Of a stretch of 64,000 bases of DNA, positions 1 to 9,514 are shown in pieces. The position numbers and the translations under genes are program-made. The notes beneath the pieces were generated by a model, which saw only the letters and a list, made by a program, of their open reading frames with translations, was not told the origin of the DNA and did not search any database. Origin of the DNA: an uncultured Verrucomicrobiae bacterium (lineage in GTDB: Bacteria; Verrucomicrobiota; Verrucomicrobiia; Chthoniobacterales; Terrimicrobiaceae); the NCBI GenBank assembly GCA_963706955.1, contig CAVPOC010000012.1:1-64000 (forward strand), in the 5' to 3' direction. The stretch's first letter is position 1. Each line of letters starts with the position of its first letter.

Positions 1-97
1 CCATGCGGATCACATTCGCAGCTACACGCCCTGACGGGTCTGAAAACTCCCGTGCGTGGATACGGCCGCCGCATTGCCCGATTGCCTCCGGGCTGGC

Positions 98-126
98 TTG
101 ACGCGTGAAACCAAACACCTTGTAAT
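98..126 (+). promoter_or_regulatory. Putative sigma70 promoter of glgP
   Basis: TTGACG (98-103), 17-bp spacer, TGTAAT (121-126), ending 10 nt before the ATG at 137. Confidence 0.5.
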
Positions 127-136
127 TCAGGCAGAA

Positions 137-2596
137 ATGTCCTCAGAGTTTCAATCCTCGCTCGAGAAGTCCGTTGGCGGACTTAGAGCTCTAATCTTAA
201 ACAGCCTGAAATTCAGGTTGGCGCGCGATACTTCGACCGCATCGAAGCGCGACTGGTGGTTGGCGACGTCCAAAGCGGTTCAGAGCATCGTTGTCGAACG
301 GATGATTGCCACTGCCACCGTTAATAACGATAAGAACGCCAAGCGGGTCTATTATCTCTCTTTGGAATTCCTCATGGGGCGGCTCTTTTCCAACAGTCTC
401 TACAACGCGGGAGTCTTCCACAACATGGTGCAGGCCCTCGAGGAACTGGGTTTGGACTACGAGGAGCTCCGACAAGAGGAGTACGACATGGGGCTGGGCA
501 ACGGCGGTCTTGGCCGTCTCGCGGCGTGCTTCCTCGACTCGTTGGCGACACTCGATTTACCAGCTATCGGCTACGGAATCCATTACCAATACGGACTCTT
601 CAAGCAGAAATTCCTTAATGGCTATCAGGTCGAACTGCCCGACGCATGGATGCAATACGGAACGCCTTGGGAAATCGTCCGGCCCGAGCAGACCACGGAA
701 ATTCAAGTTTATGGTTACGTCGAGAACGTCTTCGACGACAGGGGCAACTACGTTCCGCGCTGGATGGGCTGGAGAAAACTGGTCGGCATTCCGTATGACA
801 TTCCAGCCCCCGGCTACGGAACCAACACCGTCAACTTCCTGCGCCTCTGGGAATCCCGGGCGTCGGAGGAATTCGACTTTGAGGCCTTCAACCGCGGCGG
901 TTACGAGGAAGCCGTGCGCGAAAAGAACCACAGTGAAACCATTTCGAAAGTTCTTTACCCGAATGACAAGACCGAGAGCGGAAAAGAGCTTCGTCTGCTC
1001 CAGCAGTATTTCTTCGTTGCCTGTTCGCTCAAGGACATCATCCGTCGCTTTCGCAGAACGAACGACCACCTGGAAGACTTCCCGGATAAGGTAGCCATCC
1101 AGCTCAACGATACACACCCCGCGATTGCTGTGGTCGAGCTGCAGCGCCTTCTGCACGATGAATACGGAATGACGTGGGAGAAGGCTTGGTCAATTGTTAC
1201 CCGCACATTTGCCTATACTAATCATACCCTTTTGCCGGAAGCGCTGGAAAAATGGAGCGTCGAACTGTTCCAGAAGGTCGTGCCGCGTCACCTGCAGATC
1301 ATTTTCGAGATCAACGAGCGCTTCATGGAGGAAGTGGAAGCGAAGTGGCCGGGAGACGCAAAGAAGAAGCAGATTCTCTCCATCATTGAAGAAGGCGCTG
1401 CCCAAATGGTGCGGATGGCCCATCTAGCAGTGATCGGCAGTCATTCCGTCAACGGAGTAGCCGCGCTGCATACTAAGCTTCTCAAAAAGGATCTTTTCCC
1501 CGAATTCGACGCTCTTTATCCAGGCAAATTTAACAACAAGACTAACGGAATTACTCCGCGACGCTGGCTCTTGGCGTGCAATCCTCGCCTCAGCGGCCTA
1601 ATTACTTCAAGAATCGGTCATGGCTGGGAACGTGATCTCGACAAGCTACGCGCTCTTGAAGAGTTCGCAGACGATTTGCAATTCCAGATAGATTTCATGA
1701 ACATCAAGCACGCGAACAAGGTCGATCTGGCAAGCATCATCAAAAGAGACTGCGGCGTCGCGGTAAATCCCACCGCACTTTTCGATGTGCAAATCAAGCG
1801 ACTCCATGAATACAAACGTCAGCATCTGAACCTCCTGCACATCCTCGCGCTTTACCGCCGCCTGTTACAAAACCCGGATCTCGAAATCACCCCGCGAGTC
1901 TTCATCTTTGCCGCCAAGGCCGCGCCCGGATACGAGATGGCCAAATGTATCATCAAGGCTATCAACGCGGTGGGCAATTGTATCAACAACGACAAGCGCG
2001 TTGAGGACAGGATAAAAGTCGTTTTCCTTCCGAACTATCGCGTCTCACTCGCCCAACGCATTGTGCCCGCAGCCGATCTCTCCGAGCAAATTTCGACGGC
2101 AGGCAAGGAGGCCTCAGGCACCGGCAACATGAAACTTGCTCTCAACGGAGCCCTGACGATTGGCACGCTGGACGGTGCAAACGTCGAGATCAAGGAGGAG
2201 GTCGGTGAGGACAATATCTTCATCTTCGGAATGACAGTCGAGGAAGTCGTCGAACTGTTTAAGAAAGGTTACGACCCGCAGGAATACTTAAAAAAGAACG
2301 AGGAATTGCGCGCCGTGGTGGACTGGGTGGGGTCGAACTACTTCACTCCCGACGAGCCGCCCGGCGCGCTGACAATGCTCCGCGACAATTTTTACCATAG
2401 CGATCCGTTCCTCTGCTTGCCGGACTTCGAGTCTTACAGCGAGTGCCAGAAGAAAGTGGGCGCCGCCTTCCGTGAGAAATCGCGCTGGTCGAAAATGGCC
2501 ATTCTAAACACGGCACGAATGGGAAAATTCTCAAGCGACCGCACCATTGAGGAATACGCGCGCGATATTTGGAAGGTCGCGCCGGCCCATATCTGA
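137..2596 (+). CDS. glgP: Glycogen/starch/alpha-glucan phosphorylase
   Basis: Motifs [46 protein letters not shown] and PLP-binding [12 protein letters not shown] at 137 preferred over GTG at 56. Confidence 0.97.
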   Translation: MSSEFQSSLEKSVGGLRALILNSLKFRLARDTSTASKRDWWLATSKAVQSIVVERMIATATVNNDKNAKRVYYLSLEFLMGRLFSNSLYNAGVFHNMVQALEELGLDYEELRQEEYDMGLGNGGLGRLAACFLDSLATLDLPAIGYGIHYQYGLFKQKFLNGYQVELPDAWMQYGTPWEIVRPEQTTEIQVYGYVENVFDDRGNYVPRWMGWRKLVGIPYDIPAPGYGTNTVNFLRLWESRASEEFDFEAFNRGGYEEAVREKNHSETISKVLYPNDKTESGKELRLLQQYFFVACSLKDIIRRFRRTNDHLEDFPDKVAIQLNDTHPAIAVVELQRLLHDEYGMTWEKAWSIVTRTFAYTNHTLLPEALEKWSVELFQKVVPRHLQIIFEINERFMEEVEAKWPGDAKKKQILSIIEEGAAQMVRMAHLAVIGSHSVNGVAALHTKLLKKDLFPEFDALYPGKFNNKTNGITPRRWLLACNPRLSGLITSRIGHGWERDLDKLRALEEFADDLQFQIDFMNIKHANKVDLASIIKRDCGVAVNPTALFDVQIKRLHEYKRQHLNLLHILALYRRLLQNPDLEITPRVFIFAAKAAPGYEMAKCIIKAINAVGNCINNDKRVEDRIKVVFLPNYRVSLAQRIVPAADLSEQISTAGKEASGTGNMKLALNGALTIGTLDGANVEIKEEVGEDNIFIFGMTVEEVVELFKKGYDPQEYLKKNEELRAVVDWVGSNYFTPDEPPGALTMLRDNFYHSDPFLCLPDFESYSECQKKVGAAFREKSRWSKMAILNTARMGKFSSDRTIEEYARDIWKVAPAHI

Positions 2597-2905
2597 GGGG
2601 GCGCCGATCACCTACTTGGGGCACCCGAGTGACGGTTTTCAATACGTCCCTACCCACTCTTCGCTCTTCGTCGTGTTAGTTCTGGCTCACTATCCGCTTG
2701 GCATCCTTTTCAGAAATGGACAAGGGGCGACGGGTTATGCACCCCGTTCTGGGGCTCGCACTACAAAACAGGACAAATTTTCGCGAAAACGCACTTGCTT
2801 GTAGTTTTCAAAAACACGCCCTGATGCCTTGCACTCGCGAGCGGCGCGCACGCGCATTGGGCCTTTATTTATCAAGGTTTTCTGGCGATTTTGCCCAAAA
2901 AGAAA

Positions 2906-2931
2906 TGGGGGTACCGACGGGACTCGAATCC
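2906..2931 (-). mobile_element. tRNA-His-like 3' fragment (att-site scar)
   Basis: Minus strand GGATTCGAGTCCCGTCGGTACCCCCA gives T-loop, T-stem, acceptor 3' strand, C73 and CCA, with no 5' half. Confidence 0.55.
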
Positions 2932-3085
2932 CTAGGACATAAACACTGAAGAGCTCAAACCTTGGGCCTGTACCCAAAACTGTCCCGAGTTGTAGTCGCC
3001 TCCTAGGTTCCAAACACGTGCGGATAGTGCTTGATTACTCTGACGAGCGGTGCACAACATTCCGTCAAATCAAGTAGGATTTGAG

Positions 3086-3103
3086 CGAATCCCACCCTCT
3101 CCG
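3086..3103 (+). mobile_element. tRNA-Ser-like 3' fragment (att-site scar)
   Basis: CGAATCCCACCCTCTCCG matches typical tRNA-Ser 3' ends (G73), has no upstream tRNA body, and is followed by AT-rich sequence. Confidence 0.55.
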
Positions 3104-3377
3104 TTGATTTATAACGAGTTAACTGGTTTTCCGAAAGGGGATGCTTGAGGGTCGATTTCGCAGGAATTTGAACGAAATAGCATCATTTTGTAGCAAAAAG
3201 CGCATGCAAACTGCATGCAATTTTGTGGCGAACCCCATTGATACACCCACCTCGGCAAGGAAGCTTTTTCACGAGCAACCGAAGTCATTGCCTGTCGTTC
3301 CTTGAAGACGAAAGTGCAGAAAAATCAGTCTGGCACGAACCCGCGTGCAATGCTCTTATACCGCAGAAATCAAAACT

Positions 3378-3788
3378 ATGAACGCCATTGAGGTTGTAAA
3401 ACGCTATGCCGACGCCTGGCACCGTCACGATGCCGATGCGATCGTTGCGCTCTTCGTGGAAGGCGGCACCTACAGTAATCCCGACGTAGGTCAAGGCCTT
3501 ACCGGCCAAGCCATCGCGGACTTCGCCAAAGGGCTTTTTGCGACTTTCCCGGACCTGTCCATTGAGATCGTCAGCATCGGCGATACCGGCGGGGGCTTAG
3601 TGGCCTGGCAGTGGCTGGCGCGTGCTACGAACACTGGCCCGTTAGCCGAAGGCAGCGCACCGCCTGGTCGTCCCATTGCGCACCCGGGCGCGAGCTTCAC
3701 TCAAGTGGAGGGTGACAAGATTCGCTCCGACCAGGCCTATCATGACCGAAAGTCGCTGGATGAGCAACTGGGGCTGAAACCGAAGTAA
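3378..3788 (+). CDS. SnoaL-like / NTF2-family (ester cyclase-like) protein
   Basis: VVKRYADAWHRHDADAIVALF...FPDLSIEIV...VEGDKI pattern, about 136 aa. Confidence 0.85.
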   Translation: MNAIEVVKRYADAWHRHDADAIVALFVEGGTYSNPDVGQGLTGQAIADFAKGLFATFPDLSIEIVSIGDTGGGLVAWQWLARATNTGPLAEGSAPPGRPIAHPGASFTQVEGDKIRSDQAYHDRKSLDEQLGLKPK

Positions 3789-3869
3789 TTAACAGTCGCT
3801 TCGATTGCTCTGGGAAATTGCGGCGATCTATTTTTTGGTAGGGGAGGCAAACGTCGAGGATCGGACCGA

Positions 3870-3935
3870 AGCTTTCACAGCTTGCGTCACACCGCGGTTT
3901 CGCTGCTCAAGGACGCCGGCGTCCCCGATGCCGTG
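3870..3935 (+). pseudogene. Tyrosine recombinase/integrase box II fragment
   Basis: Translates to SFHSLRHTAVSLLKDAGVPDAV (H-x-L-R-H motif). The downstream GH and catalytic Tyr are missing and there is no upstream body. Confidence 0.75.
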
Positions 3936-3977
3936 GGAAATGCACCCTTTTGGCCTCCGCTGTTCTGGGAATCAATC

Positions 3978-4550
3978 ATGAGAAAATCGTCCTTCCAGCA
4001 AGCCATCGAGACACTCGAGAAACCGTATACCGACGTGCTGGCCCTGCTGCGCAAGCATAAGATCCTGCCCTCGGCCTCCGAAGTGCGAGAAATCCAGTTC
4101 GTCCCAGACAAGGGGATCGCCGACAAGCTCCAGGAGGCGGTGCTCCACATCGATGCCGCGGCCCCGCACCAAGTCGTCGGATCGACCGTGGCAGGCGTCT
4201 ACATTTTGTACGCTAACGTGAACACCGTGTTATCGGCGCCCTTGCCGCCCTACGTACGGTTTGAGAGCTTCCCAGGGGCCCCGTCGCTCCCTCGGCACCT
4301 GTTTTTCTTTTTCATGGGCTTGCCTGCCGACACCCAGCACACGGTGGCGGTCAACCTGCAGGTGTTCACGACGGGAGGCACCGTCGGGATCACTGCCACA
4401 AACAGTCCGGTGGAGGTCCTGGTGAGGAAATCGGCGACCCCGGTGACCGTGCCGGTCGCGTTCACCACGAACGCGGAAGGGTCCAGCGGTGTCCACCTGA
4501 GTCCTGTCGACGAGACCGGTTTCGATTGGTTCCGCGCCACTCTCCTCTGA
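3978..4550 (+). CDS. Hypothetical protein (beta-rich C-terminal half)
   Basis: 190-aa ORF from ATG 3978 with gene-like codon usage; no family recognised. Confidence 0.6.
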   Translation: MRKSSFQQAIETLEKPYTDVLALLRKHKILPSASEVREIQFVPDKGIADKLQEAVLHIDAAAPHQVVGSTVAGVYILYANVNTVLSAPLPPYVRFESFPGAPSLPRHLFFFFMGLPADTQHTVAVNLQVFTTGGTVGITATNSPVEVLVRKSATPVTVPVAFTTNAEGSSGVHLSPVDETGFDWFRATLL

Positions 4551-5056
4551 CGCGGCCTTCATCATTCCATCCAATCCCGATCTTCGTTACGCAGCCGTCG
4601 CTCGTTCACTCTGGGACGCTTGGGTTGCTGGGAAGCGAGACCGGTGCCGCACCTTGGTCCATAAACTTCTACTGCCAGGCATTGGGTCAAATACACGGCT
4701 CAAGAGGCCGCGAATCCCTCTTCCGAAGCTCTTTCGTCGTCCCTGTCAGAGCCGTGAAGGCTTGCGGTGTGCGAAAAGGCTTTGAATGGATGTCAGCGAG
4801 GGCGGGAACGGTGCTGCTATGACACCGACCGATCGTGGCGTTCTTCGCCGCTTCAAACGTTCGGCAGCGCCCCCGTGCGCTTTTCTCGCATCCTTTCCGA
4901 CGGTTCTACGGCGGGCTCCTTGCTATTCTCTGGTTTGTTCGACCAAATGTGTGTCCGGTATTTCGTGTCAGCGCGCCATTGCATCTTGCCTTTCGGGAGG
5001 TTTTTGCCAAATTCCGAGTGACCGCCTCGCGCGAAGCGGATTGTTAATTTACTCCT

Positions 5057-6079
5057 ATGAAAGCAGTGGTTTACGACGCACCTCACTCATTCTCCTACCG
5101 AGATATAGCCGACCCTCAACCCGCAGCGGACGAGGCGCTCGTGCGCATCCATGCCTGTGGCCTGTGTGGGACCGATCTGCACATTCATGAGGGTGAATTC
5201 GGGCCCCGTTTTCCACTTATCCCAGGTCACGAGTTCACCGGTGAGATCGTCGCCGTTGGCGCCGACGTTTCGGGCTTCCACCCCGGTCAGCGTGTTGTCG
5301 CCAACAGCAATACGGTTTGCGGAACCTGCTTTTATTGCATGCGCGGCGATTTTCTTCTTTGTGAGAATTTGGGAGCCTACGGGGTGACGCTCAACGGCGG
5401 ATTCGCCGAGTATTTGAAAATCAAAGCCGACAGGGTTTTTCCGATCCACAATCTTAAACCTCGCCAGGCGATTATGGTAGAGCCCACGGCATGTGCGCTC
5501 CACGGTGTCGAGGTTCTCGATGCCAAACCTGGAAGCGACGTCCTTCTCTTTGGAGCCGGTCCGACCGGACAGGTGCTCGCTCAATTGGTGAAGTTGAACG
5601 GCGCCGCTCGCTTGGTTGTCGCAGCGCCACCGGGCAAAAAGCTGGACTTGATTGCGAAGTTGGCTGCCGACGAAGTCGCACCGATGGATCGACAGGATCC
5701 GGATGTGCATCGCAAACGGCTGCGCGAATTGAGTCCCAACGGGTTCGACTATGTGATTGAGGCGACAGGGTCGGCATCGGTTTGCGAGGAAGCGCTTCAA
5801 TTCGTTCGGCGTCGCGGAACGCTGCTGGTTTACGGTGTTTATCCGGAAAAGGACACTGTGCGGTTGAAGCCTTTTGATATATTTCGCGGCGAGATCAGTA
5901 TCAAAGGCTCGTTCGCGCAGGTGGACAGCTTTGGCCGGGCTCTTGCCTATCTGGAGAGCGGAAGAGTCAAAGTCGATGAGATCGTCACCGACGAGGTCCC
6001 TCTCTCCGATTACCAACATGCTCTGGAAATGGCTTGGGCCCGCAAAGGCGTCAAGACCATGCTCGTCCCGAATTCATAG
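5057..6079 (+). CDS. Zinc-dependent medium-chain alcohol/polyol dehydrogenase
   Basis: CGLCGTD, GHE, structural Zn motif CGTCFYC...C, nucleotide-binding GAGPTG. Confidence 0.92.
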   Translation: MKAVVYDAPHSFSYRDIADPQPAADEALVRIHACGLCGTDLHIHEGEFGPRFPLIPGHEFTGEIVAVGADVSGFHPGQRVVANSNTVCGTCFYCMRGDFLLCENLGAYGVTLNGGFAEYLKIKADRVFPIHNLKPRQAIMVEPTACALHGVEVLDAKPGSDVLLFGAGPTGQVLAQLVKLNGAARLVVAAPPGKKLDLIAKLAADEVAPMDRQDPDVHRKRLRELSPNGFDYVIEATGSASVCEEALQFVRRRGTLLVYGVYPEKDTVRLKPFDIFRGEISIKGSFAQVDSFGRALAYLESGRVKVDEIVTDEVPLSDYQHALEMAWARKGVKTMLVPNS

Positions 6080-7060
6080 ACCGGCGAGCCCGGCTTCCTG
6101 CAAGGGCGCATGCACGTTCTTTCGCGGGCGGTGGTGGCCGTCGGCGCCCGGGAGCGGCTCGATCCGCTCGAGGGTAGCGAAACTCACATCGCGCATAATG
6201 CGCAGGAACTCCTGCATATAGGCGTGTGAAGAACCCGGCTCAGTGGTTGCGGCATAGAGACGACTATGCAAGCCAGCCTTGCCCACCGGCTTCCAGGCGA
6301 CATACTTGCGGTCCAAGTATGGTTGAACCGTCCAGCCCGGCAGAGCCGCCACTCCTCGGCCGCTCGCCACCAGCTGGAGAATCGCCACCGTCAGTTCGGT
6401 TGTTCGACGCGTGGGATTGACATGAGCGGGGCGAAGGACGTCGCGCACTAGATCCAGGCGTTCATCGGGGATCGGGTAAGTCACCAGCACCTCCTTCTTG
6501 AAATCCTTGGCCGTGAGATACGCCTTGCGGACAAGTGGATGGCGATGCGAAAGCAGTGCCAGAACCTCATAGCCAAAGAGGGGATGGTAGATCACCCCGG
6601 CACGCTTTCCGGCATGGGAAACAATGACCAGATCGGCGCGGTTTTCCCCAAGAAGCCCGACCGGATCGGCGTGAAACCCGGAGACCAGATCGAGCTCTAC
6701 TTGCGACCAGCGCTCGCGGAAGGCGTCCATCGATGGCATCAGCCAGTCGAAACACGAGTGACATTCCACCGCGATGCGAAGGATACCGGCCTCGCCTTGG
6801 GCAATACGTGCTACGTCCCGCTCTCCATCCCGAATGCGACGGCTGATGTCATAAGCAAGATCCACCAAGTGTCGACCGGGCAGCGAGAACCGTAGCGGAT
6901 CGCTCTTTCGTTCAAAGAGCTGAATGGCATATTCCTCTTCAACTGCTCGCACATGGTGCGAAACAGCCGGTTGCGAAAGATTCAGCCGCTTCCCGGCTTT
7001 GGATAAATTCCCCGTCTCGGCCAAAGCGATCAGGGTTCGCAGATGACGCAATTCAAGCAT
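6074..7060 (-). CDS. metR: LysR-family methionine regulator MetR
   Basis: N-terminal LysR HTH, MetR-typical AVECHSCFDWLMP, divergent from metE. Confidence 0.9.
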   Translation of the reverse strand: MLELRHLRTLIALAETGNLSKAGKRLNLSQPAVSHHVRAVEEEYAIQLFERKSDPLRFSLPGRHLVDLAYDISRRIRDGERDVARIAQGEAGILRIAVECHSCFDWLMPSMDAFRERWSQVELDLVSGFHADPVGLLGENRADLVIVSHAGKRAGVIYHPLFGYEVLALLSHRHPLVRKAYLTAKDFKKEVLVTYPIPDERLDLVRDVLRPAHVNPTRRTTELTVAILQLVASGRGVAALPGWTVQPYLDRKYVAWKPVGKAGLHSRLYAATTEPGSSHAYMQEFLRIMRDVSFATLERIEPLPGADGHHRPRKNVHAPLQEAGLAGL

Positions 7061-7139
7061 GGCCTTTATAAATTTGATGAATGATCATGGCAAAAACAAC
7101 GAATTTTGAGAGTGCTCGGATCTGCGGCATATTGACAGG

Positions 7140-9476
7140 ATGGACGGTCACATTACTACGCATAACCTCGGCTATCCCCGCATCGGCGAAAAGCGGGAAC
7201 TAAAGAGGGCCACCGAGACCTACTGGCGCGGCGAGATCTCGGTTGCGGAACTCGAGGAGGTCGGCCGAAATCTGCGAAAGGCGCACTGGCTCGCCCAAAA
7301 AGAGGCCGGCATCGAGCTTATTCCCTCCAACGATTTCTCCTTTTACGACCAGATGCTGGACATGACCTGCCTGCTCGGGAACATACCTTCACGGTTTGCG
7401 TGGAATGGACAGGCTCCTGGACTTGACCTTTATTTCCAAATCGCTCGAGGGGGAGGTGGCAAGCAACAGACGTCGCTTCACCCCAGTGAAATGACGAAAT
7501 GGTTCGACACAAACTATCACTACATTGTCCCCGAATTCCATGCGGAGACAAAATTCCAGCTGAGTGGCAGCAAGCCGTTCGACGAGTTCAAGGAGGCTCT
7601 CGCGCTGGGTCTTCGAACCAAGCCGGTGCTCATCGGGCCGTTGACCTACCTCTACCTCGGAAAGAGTAGCAGCTCCGAGTTCGAGCGGCTCGCCTTACTT
7701 GATCGGTTGCTTCCCGTGTATGCGGACATCCTTCGCCAGCTCGACACGCTCGGAGCCGAATGGGTGCAAATCGACGAGCCGATCCTTGCGTTTGAACTTA
7801 GCTCCGACTGGCAAACAGCATTTCTCCAAGCTTACCGAAACCTTCGCTCCGCGCTATCCAACACCAAGCTCCTCTTTGCCACCTATTTTGGTGAACTTCG
7901 GGAGAACATTCCCCTGGCGGTGAGTTTGCCGGTCGATGCCTTGCATCTCGATGTTACTCGGGCGGGCTCTGAACTCGATCAGCTCGTTAATCGACTTCCT
8001 TCCTCCATGGCCTTGTCGCTGGGCGTGGTGGATGGTCGAAATGTTTGGCGAAACAATTTTGAAGTATCATTAGAGCAGATCAATCAGGCGAAACGGGTCC
8101 TGAGTGCGAATCGCATCCTGATTGCACCGTCGTGCTCGCTGCTCCATTCTCCGGTGACACTTCGCCACGAGTCGGCTTTCGACGCTGAAATTAAGGAGTG
8201 GCTCGCGTTCGCTGAGGAAAAGCTAAAAGAGGTAACGCAGCTTGCCCGCTTGGCTGAGGGTGGGGGGGACGCCATGGTCGCTTACCGAAACCGGGTGGCG
8301 TTGCATTCCCGGCGCGCCAGTGAACGCATTCATCGTTCCGAGGTGAAGGCTCGGTCTCAAGCCGTGAAGCCGGAGGATAGCCGGCGAAAGGCTCCGTATC
8401 GAGAACGCCGCCACCAGCAACGTGCCGCTCTCGGCCTTCCCCTGCTTCCTACGACCACGATTGGCTCTTTTCCGCAGACGGCCGATATCCGATCGACGCG
8501 AGCGCGGTGGAAGCGCGGCGAACTTGCCGATGACGAATACGAGAAATTCCTTCGAGAGAAAACTGCAGACTGCATCCGCTTGCAGGAAGAGGTCGGGCTG
8601 GACGTGTTGGTGCATGGCGAATTTGAACGCAACGACATGGTTGAATATTTTGGCGAGCAACTCGATGGCTTTGCTTTCACCGAAAACGGATGGGTTCAAA
8701 GTTACGGGTCGCGCTGCGTGAAGCCGCCCATCATCTACGGCGACGTTCGCCGTCCGCACGCGATGACCGTGGAATGGTCTCGCTATGCGCAATCGCGAAC
8801 ATCCAAACCGATGAAGGGTATGCTTACTGGCCCGATCACTATTCTCCAGTGGAGCTTTGTGCGCGACGATCAGCCGCGGAGCGAAACAGCGCGACAAATC
8901 GCTTTGGCAATCCGAGATGAGGTTCTTGATCTTGAAGCCGCTGGCATCAAGGTAATTCAAATTGATGAGCCGGCGCTTCGCGAAGGCCTCCCCCTGCGCA
9001 GGAGTGATTGGCAGGGCTACTTGCAGTGGGCGATCGAATCGTTCCGACTGGCATCATCTGGGGTTCGCGACGAAACGCAGATTCATACTCATATGTGTTA
9101 TTGCGAGTTCAATGATATCATCGATTCGATTGCGGCTCTCGACGCTGATGTCATCTCCATGGAAGCCTCGCGGTCCAACATGGAGCTTCTCGACGCCTTT
9201 GCCGCTTTTCGCTATCCAAATGAGGTCGGGCCCGGAGTCTGGGATATTCACTCACCTCGAGTGCCTGGCGCCGCGGAAATGGAAACCCTCCTGCGCACCG
9301 CTGCCGCCGTTTTGCCCATCGAAAATCTTTGGGTCAATCCCGATTGCGGATTGAAAACTCGCGGCTGGGACGAGGTCATCTCTTCGCTGCGGAACATGAC
9401 AAAGACGGCGGCGGCCCTTCGAAAGGACCGATCCGTCTTGTCCGGCGTCTCTGCCCAGCCGGAGACCAAATCTTAG
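7140..9476 (+). CDS. metE: Cobalamin-independent methionine synthase
   Basis: GYPRIGEKRELK, KWFDTNYHY, HGEFERNDMV, HTHMCY, WVNPDCGLKTR. Confidence 0.98.
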   Translation: MDGHITTHNLGYPRIGEKRELKRATETYWRGEISVAELEEVGRNLRKAHWLAQKEAGIELIPSNDFSFYDQMLDMTCLLGNIPSRFAWNGQAPGLDLYFQIARGGGGKQQTSLHPSEMTKWFDTNYHYIVPEFHAETKFQLSGSKPFDEFKEALALGLRTKPVLIGPLTYLYLGKSSSSEFERLALLDRLLPVYADILRQLDTLGAEWVQIDEPILAFELSSDWQTAFLQAYRNLRSALSNTKLLFATYFGELRENIPLAVSLPVDALHLDVTRAGSELDQLVNRLPSSMALSLGVVDGRNVWRNNFEVSLEQINQAKRVLSANRILIAPSCSLLHSPVTLRHESAFDAEIKEWLAFAEEKLKEVTQLARLAEGGGDAMVAYRNRVALHSRRASERIHRSEVKARSQAVKPEDSRRKAPYRERRHQQRAALGLPLLPTTTIGSFPQTADIRSTRARWKRGELADDEYEKFLREKTADCIRLQEEVGLDVLVHGEFERNDMVEYFGEQLDGFAFTENGWVQSYGSRCVKPPIIYGDVRRPHAMTVEWSRYAQSRTSKPMKGMLTGPITILQWSFVRDDQPRSETARQIALAIRDEVLDLEAAGIKVIQIDEPALREGLPLRRSDWQGYLQWAIESFRLASSGVRDETQIHTHMCYCEFNDIIDSIAALDADVISMEASRSNMELLDAFAAFRYPNEVGPGVWDIHSPRVPGAAEMETLLRTAAAVLPIENLWVNPDCGLKTRGWDEVISSLRNMTKTAAALRKDRSVLSGVSAQPETKS

Positions 9477-9514
9477 GGCAAGCCCGGAGACCTCCCAGAG
9501 AGCGCTGTGTCCGA

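Noticed and set aside
2906..3103. Full tRNA genes at the two tRNA-like matches
   Set aside because: Only 3' ends are present, with no D arm, anticodon arm or 5' acceptor strand
4551..5056. Short ORFs or an ncRNA/attC site in this 500-bp gap
   Set aside because: Overlapping short ORFs with no motifs; no paired attC boxes or riboswitch core recognised
5087..6019. 310-aa antisense ORF (also 10217-11056, 27396-28100, 34752-35483 and similar)
   Set aside because: Shadow ORFs opposite well-supported genes, expected in GC-rich DNA
7061..7139. Cobalamin or SAM riboswitch before metE
   Set aside because: The spacer is only 79 bp, lacks the motifs and is shared with metR
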